64,000 nt of DNA from Longimicrobiales bacterium. Lineage in GTDB: Bacteria; Gemmatimonadota; Gemmatimonadetes; Longimicrobiales; Gaopeijiaceae. Below are positions 29,598 through 39,767 of the stretch, in pieces. The translations under genes were made by a program, and so were the position numbers. The first letter of the stretch is position 1, and each line of letters starts with the position of its first letter. The notes beneath the pieces are model-generated. The model was not told where the DNA came from, ran no database searches, and saw only the letters and a list, made by a program, of their open reading frames with translations. The stretch spans positions 544,001-608,000 of the forward strand of contig CBDCNQ010000004.1 in NCBI GenBank assembly GCA_965219445.1. Direction: 5' to 3'.

Positions 29598-31970
29598 TCA
29601 TCGCATTCCCCGCTTCGCGCAGATCGACTCCAACTCGTCGAGCCCGACGAGCACCTCCCTCGCCTTCGAGCCCTCGGACGGCCCCAGAATCCCGGCGTCG
29701 TGAAGTTGATCCACGATGCGGGCGGCCCGCCCGTACCCGATCTTGAGCTTACGCTGGAGTAGCGACGTCGAGCCCTGCTGCTGCTGAACGCACACCTCAC
29801 CGGCCGTACGGAAAAGGTCGTCCCAATCCCCCGCGCCTACGTCGCCGACCGCCATCTCGGCCTCCTGTTCGAAGGCCCGCATCTGTTCCAGGATATCCGA
29901 TTCCGTCGCCGCCTCGGTCTCGTCGAACGCCCGGTTCTGAAGCTCGATCTGATCTTTGTACCAGCCCATCATCCGGTCGGTCTCCGCGGTGGAGATGTAG
30001 GCGCCCTGAATCCGGACGGGCTCACTCGAACCCGGTGGAAGAAAAAGCATATCGCCGTTACCGAGCAGGCTGTCGGCGCCATTCTGGTCGAGTATGGTGC
30101 GTGAATCAGTCTTCGACGAAACGCGAAAAGCGATGCGGGACGGAAAATTCGCCTTGATGAGGCCGGTGATGACGTTCACGCTCGGTCGCTGCGTAGCTAC
30201 GATCAGGTGGATTCCGATGGCCCGGCCCTTTTGAGCCAAGTAGGTGAGTGGCTTCTCCACCTCGCTCTGCACGGTCATCATGAGGTCCGCCAACTCGTCA
30301 ACGACCACCACGACGTATGGCAGAACTCCGTCGTCGTAGATCCACCGGTCCGGATCGTCGTCGGTGCCCCTCGGCTCGAAACGCCGAAGCGTCACGCCCT
30401 CCTCAACACGTTCGTTGAACTCGCCGATCGAACGCACGCCGTTCGCGCTCAACAGGTTGTACCGCCGGTCCATCTCCAGGACTGCCCACTTGAGAAGGCC
30501 TGAGGCGTCTCGCGGGTCCGTGACCACTTTGTGGCGGAGGTGCGGCAGCAAACGATACGTGGAGAGCTCGACCATCTTGGGATCGACCATGAGAAGCCTC
30601 AGGGTCTTCGGCGTATGTCGGTAGACCAAGCTCGTAATGATCGTATTGAGACAAATAGACTTGCCGGACCCTGTGGCGCCTGCGATGAGGATGTGGGGCA
30701 TCTTCCGGAGATCGGCCACGTAAGGCTTTCCGTTGAGATCCTTTCCGAGCGCCAACGGGAGTTCGGCGCGACTGCGTAGGTAGGCCGGTGAATCGAGGAT
30801 GTCTCGAAGGCGGACGACCTCCGGCTCGGGATTAGGGATCTCCACGCCGACGGCGCCCTTCCCGGGAACCGGCGCCACGATCCGAATACTCTTCGCCTTC
30901 ATGGCCAGGGCGAGGTCGGCGTCGAGGTTCGCGATCTTACTCACCTTCACTCCCGGCGCGGGGATGACCTCATACTGCGTGACCACGGGACCCGTCGTGC
31001 GGCCGCCGATCTCCCCCTCCACGTTGAACGTCCGAAGCTTTTCGATCAGAATCTCGCCCAGCGCGTCGAGCTCCCGCTCCATGTCATGACGATGTTCGTC
31101 ATCGGCGGCTGACATGAAATCCATCGGGGGGAGCCCCGTCTCCGAGAGATCCCCCTCCGCAAACGGATCGGGCGGTGGGCCTCCGTCCCCCTTCTCTCCT
31201 CTGTCCCCTTCCTCATCCCATCCCCCCTCCCGATCCACAATCTGGCCGGCCGCCTCCATTTGCTCCTCGTATGGCCCCCCACGCGCCTCGTCGTACGCAT
31301 CGGCAGTGACGTCAGCTGAGCCGTCCTCCGGATGGGACTCTCCATCGCCACCCAAGAGATCCATCGGCGGCGTTTGCTCCAGCCCGTCTTTGGAGCGGGC
31401 GTCCCACCAGGCCCTGAGGCGTTCCGCCAAGGAAAAGAGGCCACGGACACCACGAGCCAACACTCCCGTCCCTTGCGTCATGCCGTGCGCCAACGACCCG
31501 AGCGGATTCCAACCTAAGGTGCCCACAGATAGAATCACGAGGAGGAGCAGAATGAAAAGGACCGCCCCCAAGAAACCGAAGGCCAGAATGAGGGGAGGGC
31601 CCGCCAGCTCACCCCATCGGCCCACCATCTCCGGATCCTGGCCGAGGATTCCGAGGCCGACGGGCACGACCAACAGGAGACCTCCCATGAGAATCGAGAG
31701 GCGTACAGCCCACCCCACGGACAACCACTCGCTCGCCCGAAGCCCGCCGAAAAGGAGGAGCCCGGGCAGGAAAAACGCCGCCACACCTACGAGAATGGTA
31801 AGCACACGCTGCACCGTCTCTCCAACCACACCCACCATATTCCCCGATGGGAACCATTCCGCACCCCTGGGACCGAGCACCGATACGGGGATGAGCGCGG
31901 CGAGAAGGAAGAGGGCCAACGCCAACAGGCCGGCGGCCATGATGTCCCTCTGCTGCTTCTGCGACAGCAT
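29598..31970 (-). CDS. ftsK: DNA translocase FtsK
   Basis: TM N-terminus, AGATGSGKS, DELADLM, ATQRPS, gamma domain GYGRAAR; start MLSQKQQR. Confidence 0.96.
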   Translation of the reverse strand: MLSQKQQRDIMAAGLLALALFLLAALIPVSVLGPRGAEWFPSGNMVGVVGETVQRVLTILVGVAAFFLPGLLLFGGLRASEWLSVGWAVRLSILMGGLLLVVPVGLGILGQDPEMVGRWGELAGPPLILAFGFLGAVLFILLLLVILSVGTLGWNPLGSLAHGMTQGTGVLARGVRGLFSLAERLRAWWDARSKDGLEQTPPMDLLGGDGESHPEDGSADVTADAYDEARGGPYEEQMEAAGQIVDREGGWDEEGDRGEKGDGGPPPDPFAEGDLSETGLPPMDFMSAADDEHRHDMERELDALGEILIEKLRTFNVEGEIGGRTTGPVVTQYEVIPAPGVKVSKIANLDADLALAMKAKSIRIVAPVPGKGAVGVEIPNPEPEVVRLRDILDSPAYLRSRAELPLALGKDLNGKPYVADLRKMPHILIAGATGSGKSICLNTIITSLVYRHTPKTLRLLMVDPKMVELSTYRLLPHLRHKVVTDPRDASGLLKWAVLEMDRRYNLLSANGVRSIGEFNERVEEGVTLRRFEPRGTDDDPDRWIYDDGVLPYVVVVVDELADLMMTVQSEVEKPLTYLAQKGRAIGIHLIVATQRPSVNVITGLIKANFPSRIAFRVSSKTDSRTILDQNGADSLLGNGDMLFLPPGSSEPVRIQGAYISTAETDRMMGWYKDQIELQNRAFDETEAATESDILEQMRAFEQEAEMAVGDVGAGDWDDLFRTAGEVCVQQQQGSTSLLQRKLKIGYGRAARIVDQLHDAGILGPSEGSKAREVLVGLDELESICAKRGMR

Positions 31971-31974
31971 CTTA

Positions 31975-32277
31975 GAAGGCTGTTGGAGGAGTACAGTGGG
32001 CCGCGTTGCGGATGCCACGGCCCCAGACCCTAGGCGGAGCGATGACGTCATAGTCGAAGCTACGGCTAGGAGCTCCAACAACGGAGATGGGGTCGTGCCG
32101 CCGCAACCCTTCAACTTGTAAGGTCATGTCATTCATGCTCGTGGGCACAGGGCGGTTGTGCGGTTGATCCTGCGTCTCTCCTCCTCGCCGTAGCGCTGCT
32201 ACGCCTCGTCGTCGTTCCTTGTCTGAACGCGCACAAGCGCCCTGTGCGCGACCCGCTGTACTCCTCCAACAGCCTTC
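31975..32277. mobile_element. 303-bp MITE-like structured repeat, copy 1
   Basis: Perfect 22-bp TIR GAAGGCTGTTGGAGGAGTACAG (about 31 bp imperfect); 20 substitutions versus the copy at 60727-61029 by manual count; no transposase. Confidence 0.8.
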
Positions 32278-32283
32278 AAGGAG

Positions 32284-33030
32284 CTATGCCTCGGGCCCTG
32301 GGGACCCCCCATCCGGGGAGGGCAGCTGGATGACCCGGTCGTCCATCTCAGGCACTACGGAGTGGCGATCGATTTCGGCGCAAAGCTCCAGATCCTCTCG
32401 GAGCTCGATCTCGATCAGGCGCTGGCCCGTCGAAGTAGACGCAAGGAAATGGGCGTTGATACGGAAGGTAAGCGCCATCTCCACCGCTCCCATAGCGGCG
32501 TCGTTGAGTTCGACCTCGACCTCGGCCGCCTGCCGGATGCGCTGCACAAGAGCTCCCGCACACACGGCGTCATCGAGAGAGAATAGCCCCTCCATGCCAG
32601 CGCGCACGATGATGAGTGAATCCGCCTCCATCGCCACTGCCGCGACCGCACTCAGATTCATGAAGCTGCAGATCAGGACGCGCACTGCATCCTCGACCAA
32701 GAAGAGGGCACGTGTCCCATTCGTGGTGCTCATCACCAACCGTTTCCCCGCCACTCTCTCGGCCGAGAATTCCCAGGGAGAATTCCCGAGGTCGAATCCC
32801 TCGATTCTGAGTCCACGTGCCTCACCGCAGAGAATCGTGTCCTCCCGTCCAAGGGAAGCTGCCAACTTGATCGCCTCCTCGGTCGAGGGGGCCGGATAGA
32901 CGCCCTGGGCGCCATTGACGAGCGCCTCTACCATCGAGCTCGTCGCACGCAGGACATCGATCAACACGACTGTACTCCCGGTCAAGTCGGGCAACGGGGC
33001 AGCCGGCTCGAAATGGACGTCGATCTTCAT
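32284..33030 (-). CDS. comB: 2-phosphosulfolactate phosphatase family protein
   Basis: IDVLRATS, GNSP, STTNGT. Confidence 0.88.
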   Translation of the reverse strand: MKIDVHFEPAAPLPDLTGSTVVLIDVLRATSSMVEALVNGAQGVYPAPSTEEAIKLAASLGREDTILCGEARGLRIEGFDLGNSPWEFSAERVAGKRLVMSTTNGTRALFLVEDAVRVLICSFMNLSAVAAVAMEADSLIIVRAGMEGLFSLDDAVCAGALVQRIRQAAEVEVELNDAAMGAVEMALTFRINAHFLASTSTGQRLIEIELREDLELCAEIDRHSVVPEMDDRVIQLPSPDGGSPGPEA

Positions 33031-34385
33031 CAGTCGTCGGAGCCCTCACCCAGAAAACGGTCTATGAATCCGGTGTCCACCCCACCGGCCATGAATTGCT
33101 CATCCCGCGTAATGTCGCCGAGGAACTGAATCGTGGTGCTGATCCCCTCAACCACGAAGGACTCGAGCGCATGTCTTGCCCGCACGATGGTTTCTTCCCG
33201 ATCCTTACCGCTGACGATCAGCTTAGCAAGCAGTGAATCGTAGTACGGGGGCACCTGATAGCCGCTGTACAGATGTGTATCGAGCCGAACACCGGGTCCA
33301 CCCGGAGGGTGGAACGTCGTGATCGGGCCCGGAGACGGTGCAAACCCCCGGAGGGCGTCCTCGGCGTTGACGCGGAACTCGATGGCATGCCCTCGCACCT
33401 GGGGAATCTCGCTGGGGAACGATAGTGGTTCGCCAGCGGCCACACGAATCTGTTCCTTCACGAGATCGAGTCCCGTCGTGACCTCCGTGACCGGATGCTC
33501 CACCTGAATACGCGTGTTCATCTCGATAAAATAGAACGATCGCTCGGCATCGACGAGGAACTCGACGGTACCGGCTCCCACATAGTCGATCCCCTTCGCC
33601 GCGAGTACCGCCGCCTCTCCCATGGTTTTTCGTAACTCGGGCGTCAGCACGGGCGAAGGGGCCTCTTCGATCAGCTTCTGATGTCTACGCTGGATCGAGC
33701 AATCTCGCTCTCCGAGGTGGACCACTCTGCCATGCTGGTCCCCGAACACCTGGAACTCGACATGCCTGGGTTGGACGATGCATTTCTCGAGATACACGTC
33801 CGGATCGTCGAACGCGGCTCCGGCCTCCGTCTGGGCCGCCTGAAAGAGGCCCGCAAAGCTTTCGGCATCGAGCGCGATCCGCATCCCCTTCCCGCCCCCA
33901 CCCGAAGAAGCCTTGATCATGACTGGGAAACCGATCTCGGCTGCGACCCTCTCAGCCTCGCGGGAATCCGGTATGACGCCATCTGAACCGGGTACGGTGG
34001 GCACACCAAGATCCATCATGGTCCGACGGGCAGTGGCCTTGTCGCCCATTGAGCGGATCTGATCGGGATTCGGGCCGACGAACACGATGTCCGAACGCTG
34101 GCAGATTTCACTAAACTCAGGGTTCTCCGCCAAAAAACCGTACCCGGGATGGATGGCCTCGGCCCCCGTCACCTCCGCGGCCGATATGATCCGAGGGATA
34201 TTCAGGTAGCTGTCCTTCGCCGCAGCCGGTCCGATGCAAACGTCCTCGTCCGAAAAGCGGACATGGAGCGATTCACGGTCGGCCTCCGAGTATACCGCCA
34301 CCGTCTTCACGCCGAGTTCGTGGCACGCCCGAATGATCCGGAGGGCTATCTCACCACGATTGGCGATCAGCAGCTTCTTGAACAC
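33030..34385 (-). CDS. accC: Biotin carboxylase
   Basis: LIANRGEIA, HPGYGFLAEN, EMNTRIQVEH. Confidence 0.97.
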   Translation of the reverse strand: MFKKLLIANRGEIALRIIRACHELGVKTVAVYSEADRESLHVRFSDEDVCIGPAAAKDSYLNIPRIISAAEVTGAEAIHPGYGFLAENPEFSEICQRSDIVFVGPNPDQIRSMGDKATARRTMMDLGVPTVPGSDGVIPDSREAERVAAEIGFPVMIKASSGGGGKGMRIALDAESFAGLFQAAQTEAGAAFDDPDVYLEKCIVQPRHVEFQVFGDQHGRVVHLGERDCSIQRRHQKLIEEAPSPVLTPELRKTMGEAAVLAAKGIDYVGAGTVEFLVDAERSFYFIEMNTRIQVEHPVTEVTTGLDLVKEQIRVAAGEPLSFPSEIPQVRGHAIEFRVNAEDALRGFAPSPGPITTFHPPGGPGVRLDTHLYSGYQVPPYYDSLLAKLIVSGKDREETIVRARHALESFVVEGISTTIQFLGDITRDEQFMAGGVDTGFIDRFLGEGSDD

Positions 34386-34399
34386 TCAGCGTCCCTCGG

Positions 34400-34443
34400 G
34401 AAGGCCGTTGAAGAAGTAACGTGGGCCGCGTTGGGATGCCCGG
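34400..34443. repeat. Decayed left-end fragment of the 303-bp element
   Basis: GAAGGCCGTTGAAGAAGTAACGTGGGCCGCGTTGGGATGCCCGG aligns with the first ~46 nt of the full copies. Confidence 0.7.
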
Positions 34444-34452
34444 GGGTCTCCA

Positions 34453-34929
34453 TCACGTGGAGACGCGAAACAGTACCTGCCCAAATTCGACGGGTTCGCC
34501 GTTCTCGATACAGATCTCGCGGATTACGCCCGAGACCTCACATTCCAGCTCATTCATGAGCTTCATAGCCTCGATGATGCAAAGCGTTTCACCCGGCGTA
34601 ACGGCGGCTCCCAATTCGACGTACGCGGCGGCATCCGGCGCGGGGGACCGATAGAAGGTGCCTACCATGGGAGATTTGATCTGGATCAGCCCCGACTCCG
34701 CGGGAGCGGTCGCGGGGGACTGAACGCGGCCCTCATGTGTGGCGCCTGGAGCGGGGGAAGTCACGGGTACAGACGATGGCGCAGGAACCGCCGGTACCGG
34801 AAACGGGCCATCGGCGGACGGCGTCTTCGCGAGCCGGATACGCGTGCCTCCTCGCTCGATCTCGATGGAATCCACGCCACTCTTGTCGAGCGCCTTGATG
34901 AGGCTCTGAACAAACTCCAGATCTATCAT
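34453..34929 (-). CDS. accB: Biotin carboxyl carrier protein
   Basis: [15 protein letters not shown]. Confidence 0.97.
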   Translation of the reverse strand: MIDLEFVQSLIKALDKSGVDSIEIERGGTRIRLAKTPSADGPFPVPAVPAPSSVPVTSPAPGATHEGRVQSPATAPAESGLIQIKSPMVGTFYRSPAPDAAAYVELGAAVTPGETLCIIEAMKLMNELECEVSGVIREICIENGEPVEFGQVLFRVST

Positions 34930-35492
34930 GACGACGCACGCGTCAGGTATTTTTCCTCCCGGCGATCCACCTTGACCACCTCTCCCTTTTCGATGAAAAG
35001 CGGCACCTGAATCACGGCGCCGGTCTCCAGAGTCGCGGGTTTCGTCCCGCCCTGGGCCGTGTCACCCTTGAATCCGGGATCGGTCTGGGTGACCACCAGC
35101 TCCACAAACTGAGGTAGCTCGACGCTGATGACGCTGCCGTCGTGGACCAGACCCTCGCACTCCATGTTCTCCTTCAAGTACCTGAGCTGGTCCTCACCGA
35201 GCATGTCTCCGGAGATCGGAATCATCTCATAGGTCTGCTGGTCCATGAAGTGGTAGAGCTGCCCGTCCGAATAGCTGTAGGACACAGGCCGGCGCTCCAG
35301 TCGCACGTCGGTCACTTTCTCACCGGCGCGATAGGTCTTGTCCACAACCGCACCGGTGAGCACGTTCTTGAGCTTTGTCCGGACGAACGCCCCGCCCTTA
35401 CCCGGCTTAACATGTTGGAAATAAATGATGGTCCAGAGCTGGCCATCGATATCTAGCACCAAGCCGTTACGAAAATCCGCGGTCGAGGCCAT
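34926..35492 (-). CDS. efp: Elongation factor P
   Basis: [20 protein letters not shown]. Confidence 0.97.
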   Translation of the reverse strand: MASTADFRNGLVLDIDGQLWTIIYFQHVKPGKGGAFVRTKLKNVLTGAVVDKTYRAGEKVTDVRLERRPVSYSYSDGQLYHFMDQQTYEMIPISGDMLGEDQLRYLKENMECEGLVHDGSVISVELPQFVELVVTQTDPGFKGDTAQGGTKPATLETGAVIQVPLFIEKGEVVKVDRREEKYLTRASS

Positions 35493-35522
35493 ATCACCTA
35501 GTCAGTCGATTAGAATGTAGCG

Positions 35523-35960
35523 CTATTCGCCGGTAATTCGGGCCACGAGCCCCCTGAGCGCTAGAAGATAGCCCTGAGGTCCAAAACCTAGAACCACCCC
35601 TGCGGCTACGGGCGAGAGATAAGAATGGCTCCGGAAACGCTCTCGGGCGGTCGTATTGGAGAGGTGAACCTCCACGAACGGGAGGCCCACTCCTACGAGC
35701 CCGTCACGGAGAGCCACGCTCGTGTGGGTCAGCCCTCCGGGATTGATCAAGAAGCCGTCCACCCGCTGGCCAGCCTCTTCCAAGAAATCGAGAATGGCTC
35801 CCTCCGAGTTGGACTGGAGAGTCTCGACCTCCACACCCAGCTCGGAGCCCAGCGCTTCCACGGCACTGTTGATGTCGTCCAGCGTGTCGGTTCCGTACAC
35901 GTCGGGTTCCCGACGCCCGAGCAGACCGAGGTTGGGACCATTGATGAGTGCGATACGCAC
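35523..35960 (-). CDS. aroQ: Type II 3-dehydroquinate dehydratase
   Basis: NGPNLGLLGRREP, THTSVALRD, EVHLSN. Confidence 0.96.
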   Translation of the reverse strand: MRIALINGPNLGLLGRREPDVYGTDTLDDINSAVEALGSELGVEVETLQSNSEGAILDFLEEAGQRVDGFLINPGGLTHTSVALRDGLVGVGLPFVEVHLSNTTARERFRSHSYLSPVAAGVVLGFGPQGYLLALRGLVARITGE

Positions 35961-35981
35961 GTTTTTGGTCTCCCTGGTGGC

Positions 35982-36914
35982 TTAGAGGCCGTTCGGTCCG
36001 GCGTCGCCATCCGGCGCGAGCGACTCTATGGGAACCGTCTGCCGTTGGTCAGGCATTCCAAGGGAGCCGGGCTCGAGCGACTCCAACTCCGCCAGCCGAC
36101 TGTTCAAGGATTCGTCATCCGGATCAGTCTCGATCAGCTCACGGTAGACCTCGATGGCCTTGTCGGTAGCCCCCTGACTCGCGTATAGCTCGGCAAGCGT
36201 TTGGGTGTAGATCTCTCCGCCGACCGGCACCTCGTCGTACGCCGCGTCCTCGTCTCCGTCGGGCGCCAGCGATAAGATGGACACGACGGGACGGCCGGTG
36301 CCATTCGGAAGCAGGCCAGTGGCGGCAACGGTCTCGTCCGGCGCGCCCGGTGCCAAAGAGGCGATCGGCACCACCGGACGCTCTACTCCCGGTGCCAATG
36401 AGGCGATCGGCACCACCGGACGGTGGACACCGGCGGACACCGATTCGGCAGGACCCAGAGGTGCGCTAGGGGTCACGGCCGGCGCCGCCGGCGCCAGGGA
36501 AGCGATCGGCACGACCGGGCGTTCCTCATCGGTAATGCCCACCGCCGATTCCCCGGCCGCTTTCTTCATCGCCATCTTGTCCCGATAAGTCTGCGCCCGT
36601 TGATCATCGATCAACTCAGCGATCGCGGCCCGTGCGAGCGAGTTCTCCCCGTCCAACTCCAGAACCCGCTCGAACGAACGCATGGCATCATCCGGCTCTT
36701 GCCGAGAGCGGTGCACCCAACCCGCCACCATATGGGCGGACGCAAAATCGGGGTGTACGACAAGCCCTTCTTGAATAAGGGCCAGCGCCTTGCCGAAGTC
36801 GCCGAGTCGGCGGTGGGCCTCCGCCAGGGGCACGAATGCCCTACCCTGCGGGTCCTTGTCCGACTTGTAGATCTCTTCCAGTCGGTCGATCTGCTGATTC
36901 AGAGACTCGGACAC
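35982..36914 (-). CDS. TPR protein with repeated RPVVPIASLAP motif
   Basis: N-terminal TPRs (FVPLAEAHRRLG), five motif copies, late TPR TQTLAELYASQG; GTG start estimated. Confidence 0.75.
   Translation of the reverse strand: MSESLNQQIDRLEEIYKSDKDPQGRAFVPLAEAHRRLGDFGKALALIQEGLVVHPDFASAHMVAGWVHRSRQEPDDAMRSFERVLELDGENSLARAAIAELIDDQRAQTYRDKMAMKKAAGESAVGITDEERPVVPIASLAPAAPAVTPSAPLGPAESVSAGVHRPVVPIASLAPGVERPVVPIASLAPGAPDETVAATGLLPNGTGRPVVSILSLAPDGDEDAAYDEVPVGGEIYTQTLAELYASQGATDKAIEVYRELIETDPDDESLNSRLAELESLEPGSLGMPDQRQTVPIESLAPDGDAGPNGL
36346..36422. repeat. 42-bp-period intragenic tandem repeat
   Basis: CCCGGTGCCAAWGAGGCGATCGGCACCACCGGACG at 36346 and 36388, one mismatch. Confidence 0.85.
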
Positions 36915-37039
36915 ACCGAACTCCCCGGACGAACTGGAAAAGACGAGGGACGGGCTTACAGGGCCACAGACGCGAGGAAGATACTGATTACGCCGAAATC
37001 GTGTCAACGAGAGAGGTTGAAGGAGCCCCATACCGACCA

Positions 37040-37084
37040 TTACCTTTCTTGGCCTTCTTGCGTATGATCACGCGGATGTGATCA
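37040..37084 (+). promoter_or_regulatory. Candidate promoter with overlapping inverted repeat upstream of the PPIase gene
   Basis: TTACCT-N17-TATGAT; TGATCAC-N6-GTGATCA at 37065-37084. Confidence 0.4.
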
Positions 37085-37115
37085 AGCACAGGACTCGCCG
37101 AGGAGTTGCCGTTTC

Positions 37116-38942
37116 ATGATGCGTCAAATGCGGGAAAACACGAAGTGGATCATGCTGGTGACGGCGGTCGCCTTCGTGGGCCTTATGGTGTTCCAGTGGG
37201 GGATGGACATCACCGGGCGGAGCGGCCTCTCTATCGGTGAAATCGGTAGCGTCAACGGCACACCGGTGCCGTACGACGCCTTCAATCAGACCTACCGCCA
37301 GCTTTACGATCAGGTTCAGGCTTCGCAGGAGGATCCCGTCACGACCCAACAGGTCAGTGACATCGAAGACGCGGCATGGGACGAGGTCGTCAACCAGCTC
37401 CTGATCCGACAAGAGCTGAGGCGGAGAGGTATCGTGGTGACGGAGGAGGAACTGCTGAGGGCCGCACGCTTCAGTCCACCGCCGGAGTTCCAGACCAACC
37501 CTGCTTTTCAAACCGACGGATCGTTCGATATCCAGAAGTACCAGACGTTTCTCTCCTCGCCTACGATCGACGATCTGATGCTCCTCCAACTGGAGATGTA
37601 CTACCGGGACGTTATCCCCCGGAGCAAGCTGATGCGGCAGGTTTCGTCTGACCTCTACGTCACGGATGCCGCCGTCTGGGATGAGTACCGGGACCGCAAT
37701 GAGCAGATCTCGGTCCGGTACGTCGCTCTCAATCCCGCGCAGCGGGTTCCCGACTCCGTCGTAACCGTGACGCCCGCTGAGGTGAGCGATTACTACGACG
37801 ACCATGAAGAGGAGTTCGCGCTTCCGGCGCAGGCCACTGTTCAGGCGGTCGTCATAGACAAGACTCCCACGCCCCAAGACACAGTGGCCATGGGAGAACT
37901 CGCCGCCGGGCTGAGGCAACAGATCATCGAGGGTGCAGATTTCGAGGATATGCTCGGTCAGCCTGGAGTCGGCGCCGCGTCGGGAGACCTTGGTTGGTTT
38001 ACGAGGGACATGATGCCTGCGGAATTCGCGGATGTGGCCTTCGCGGCCACCGTAGCTGAACTGACGGAGCCTGTGAGGACTTCCTTCGGCTACCATGTGA
38101 TCGAGGTACAAGATCAGACGGAGGACAGTATTCAGGCCCGGCATATCCTCGTTCCCTTCGCCCGCACTGAGGAGTCTGAGCTTGCACTCCTCACACTTGC
38201 CGACTCGCTTGAGGCGCTTGGAGAGTCCCGCGCATTGGCAGAGGCTGCTTCCACTCTGAATCTCAGCGTTGAGACCGCGTATCTGAGCACTGAATTCGCG
38301 TTCATTGCGGGAGCGGGGCAGGTAGGAGAGGGCTCCGACTGGGCCTTCGAGGAAGCCTTGGTTGGAGACGTCAGCCCCGTCCTCGAGACGAGGCAGGCAT
38401 TCTATATGCTTGAGCTCGCCGAAATCCGGGAGGCGGGGGTGATCTCACTCGCTGACGCCCGCGCGTCGATCGAGCAAACAGTGAGAGCCGCAAAGAAGGT
38501 GGAACAAGCCAAAGGAGAGGGTGAGGAGATCGTCGCCCAGGTTCAGGCGGGGGCGGATTTCGCAGACGTCGCCGAACAAAAAGCCCTGGAGATCCAGACT
38601 GCTGGACCGTACACCCGCGTAGATTTCGTTCCCGGCATCGGGCGGCTGAACGCGGCCGTGGGGGCAGGGTTCGGACTTAACATTGGAGAAGTGAGCGCTG
38701 CGGTGGAGGCCAATAACAACGTCTTCATCATCGAGCTGGTCGACTACTTCGCCGCGGATTCCACCGCTTTCGAAGACGAGCGGTTGGTGCTAAGGGATGA
38801 ATTGCTCGGGGTCGCCCAAGAGAGCCGCCTTCAGAATTGGCTCCAGGGCCTCCGCGAAGTGGCCCGCATCATCGACAGAAGAGAGGAAGTCTTGAACGTC
38901 GATCCTGCGGACGCCCAACCACAAATACCTCTCGTATTCTAG
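37116..38942 (+). CDS. PpiD/SurA-like membrane-anchored parvulin PPIase
   Basis: N-terminal TM, SurA-N-like region, GDLGWF...FGYHVI, ARHIL. Confidence 0.88.
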   Translation: MMRQMRENTKWIMLVTAVAFVGLMVFQWGMDITGRSGLSIGEIGSVNGTPVPYDAFNQTYRQLYDQVQASQEDPVTTQQVSDIEDAAWDEVVNQLLIRQELRRRGIVVTEEELLRAARFSPPPEFQTNPAFQTDGSFDIQKYQTFLSSPTIDDLMLLQLEMYYRDVIPRSKLMRQVSSDLYVTDAAVWDEYRDRNEQISVRYVALNPAQRVPDSVVTVTPAEVSDYYDDHEEEFALPAQATVQAVVIDKTPTPQDTVAMGELAAGLRQQIIEGADFEDMLGQPGVGAASGDLGWFTRDMMPAEFADVAFAATVAELTEPVRTSFGYHVIEVQDQTEDSIQARHILVPFARTEESELALLTLADSLEALGESRALAEAASTLNLSVETAYLSTEFAFIAGAGQVGEGSDWAFEEALVGDVSPVLETRQAFYMLELAEIREAGVISLADARASIEQTVRAAKKVEQAKGEGEEIVAQVQAGADFADVAEQKALEIQTAGPYTRVDFVPGIGRLNAAVGAGFGLNIGEVSAAVEANNNVFIIELVDYFAADSTAFEDERLVLRDELLGVAQESRLQNWLQGLREVARIIDRREEVLNVDPADAQPQIPLVF

Positions 38943-38975
38943 GCAGCTCGACCACGCAATTCCGCGAGCTCAGCT

Positions 38976-39371
38976 CTACTCCGTCGGGGCCTCCTCCCCC
39001 TCGGACTCTTCAACCTGCAATTCTTCGGGCCCAGACGCTTCGCCCTCCGCCACGCCTTGGTACGGTTCCTCCTGTGTGGGTACGCCTTCAGCGTGATCCA
39101 CACCTGACGCGGGCCCTGGGGTCGTCGTCAATCGTCTGGGTCCCTCATCGGGTTCACTCGAGGGACCAGATGGCGACGGAACCGCTCCTGGCTTGGGCTC
39201 GTCGTCCACAGCCTTGACTTCCTTTTCGATCTCTCGAATCGAGCCCTTGAACTCCCGTATTCCCTTGCCCAAAGACGAACCGATTTCCGGAAGCCGCTTC
39301 GCCCCAAAAAGGAGGAGGACCACAAGGAAGATCATGATCATCTCCCACATGCCGAGTCCACCGAGTCCCAT
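38976..39371 (-). CDS. tatA: Twin-arginine translocase TatA
   Basis: LLFGAKRLPEIGSSLGKGIREFK. Confidence 0.93.
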   Translation of the reverse strand: MGLGGLGMWEMIMIFLVVLLLFGAKRLPEIGSSLGKGIREFKGSIREIEKEVKAVDDEPKPGAVPSPSGPSSEPDEGPRRLTTTPGPASGVDHAEGVPTQEEPYQGVAEGEASGPEELQVEESEGEEAPTE

Positions 39372-39403
39372 GATAAATCCTCCGTTCGACGTCCGTTACG
39401 AAA

Positions 39404-39709
39404 TCAGATCCAACTCCGAACAATGAATGCCACTACTGCTATCCCCACTAACGTCAAGACGTTCAGGCTGAGTACCAACGGCCCGATGGCAAAAGCCAAT
39501 ACCACTAGGTCGATCGACAGCGGCCCCACGGAGGCCTCTGCCGATATCGTGAGAAACGTCTTGGCAGGGCTCTCCGGAAGAAACGACTCAGCGAGTTGTG
39601 TCAGCAGTCCACCGAGAATCAATCCGAGCGCCCCGGTCCACAGCAAGCGCTTGACGTTCCGCCGGTACGTATCGACTAGCATACCGTATCGCATCGTGGC
39701 TCGTAGCAC
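39404..39709 (-). CDS. Small membrane protein (DUF4321-like), start uncertain
   Basis: Two hydrophobic segments, IDL...LSLN pattern. Confidence 0.6.
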   Translation of the reverse strand: MLRATMRYGMLVDTYRRNVKRLLWTGALGLILGGLLTQLAESFLPESPAKTFLTISAEASVGPLSIDLVVLAFAIGPLVLSLNVLTLVGIAVVAFIVRSWI

Positions 39710-39767
39710 GAACGCTCACCTTGTTGCACCGGCCAAGCCAGGGGGGGAGGAAGGCTCGACTGCGGCA

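Noticed and set aside
31971..32114. ORF-track N-terminal extension of FtsK, and ORFs 32219-32899, 60870-61145 and 60971-61297
   Set aside because: They read through the repeat element and are artefacts of it
31975..32277. tmRNA, RNase P, SRP or 6S identity for the ~300-nt structured element
   Set aside because: No GGGG...CCACCA tRNA-like ends or RNase P conserved boxes seen; multiple copies with TIRs fit a repeat better (cmscan would settle it)
34367..34456. Relay mini-ORF between accB and accC
   Set aside because: The GTGA-started frame stops several codons inside accC rather than at its start; the gap holds a repeat fragment
36346..36422. CRISPR-like array
   Set aside because: Repeats are in-frame coding duplications without unique spacers; no cas genes in the window
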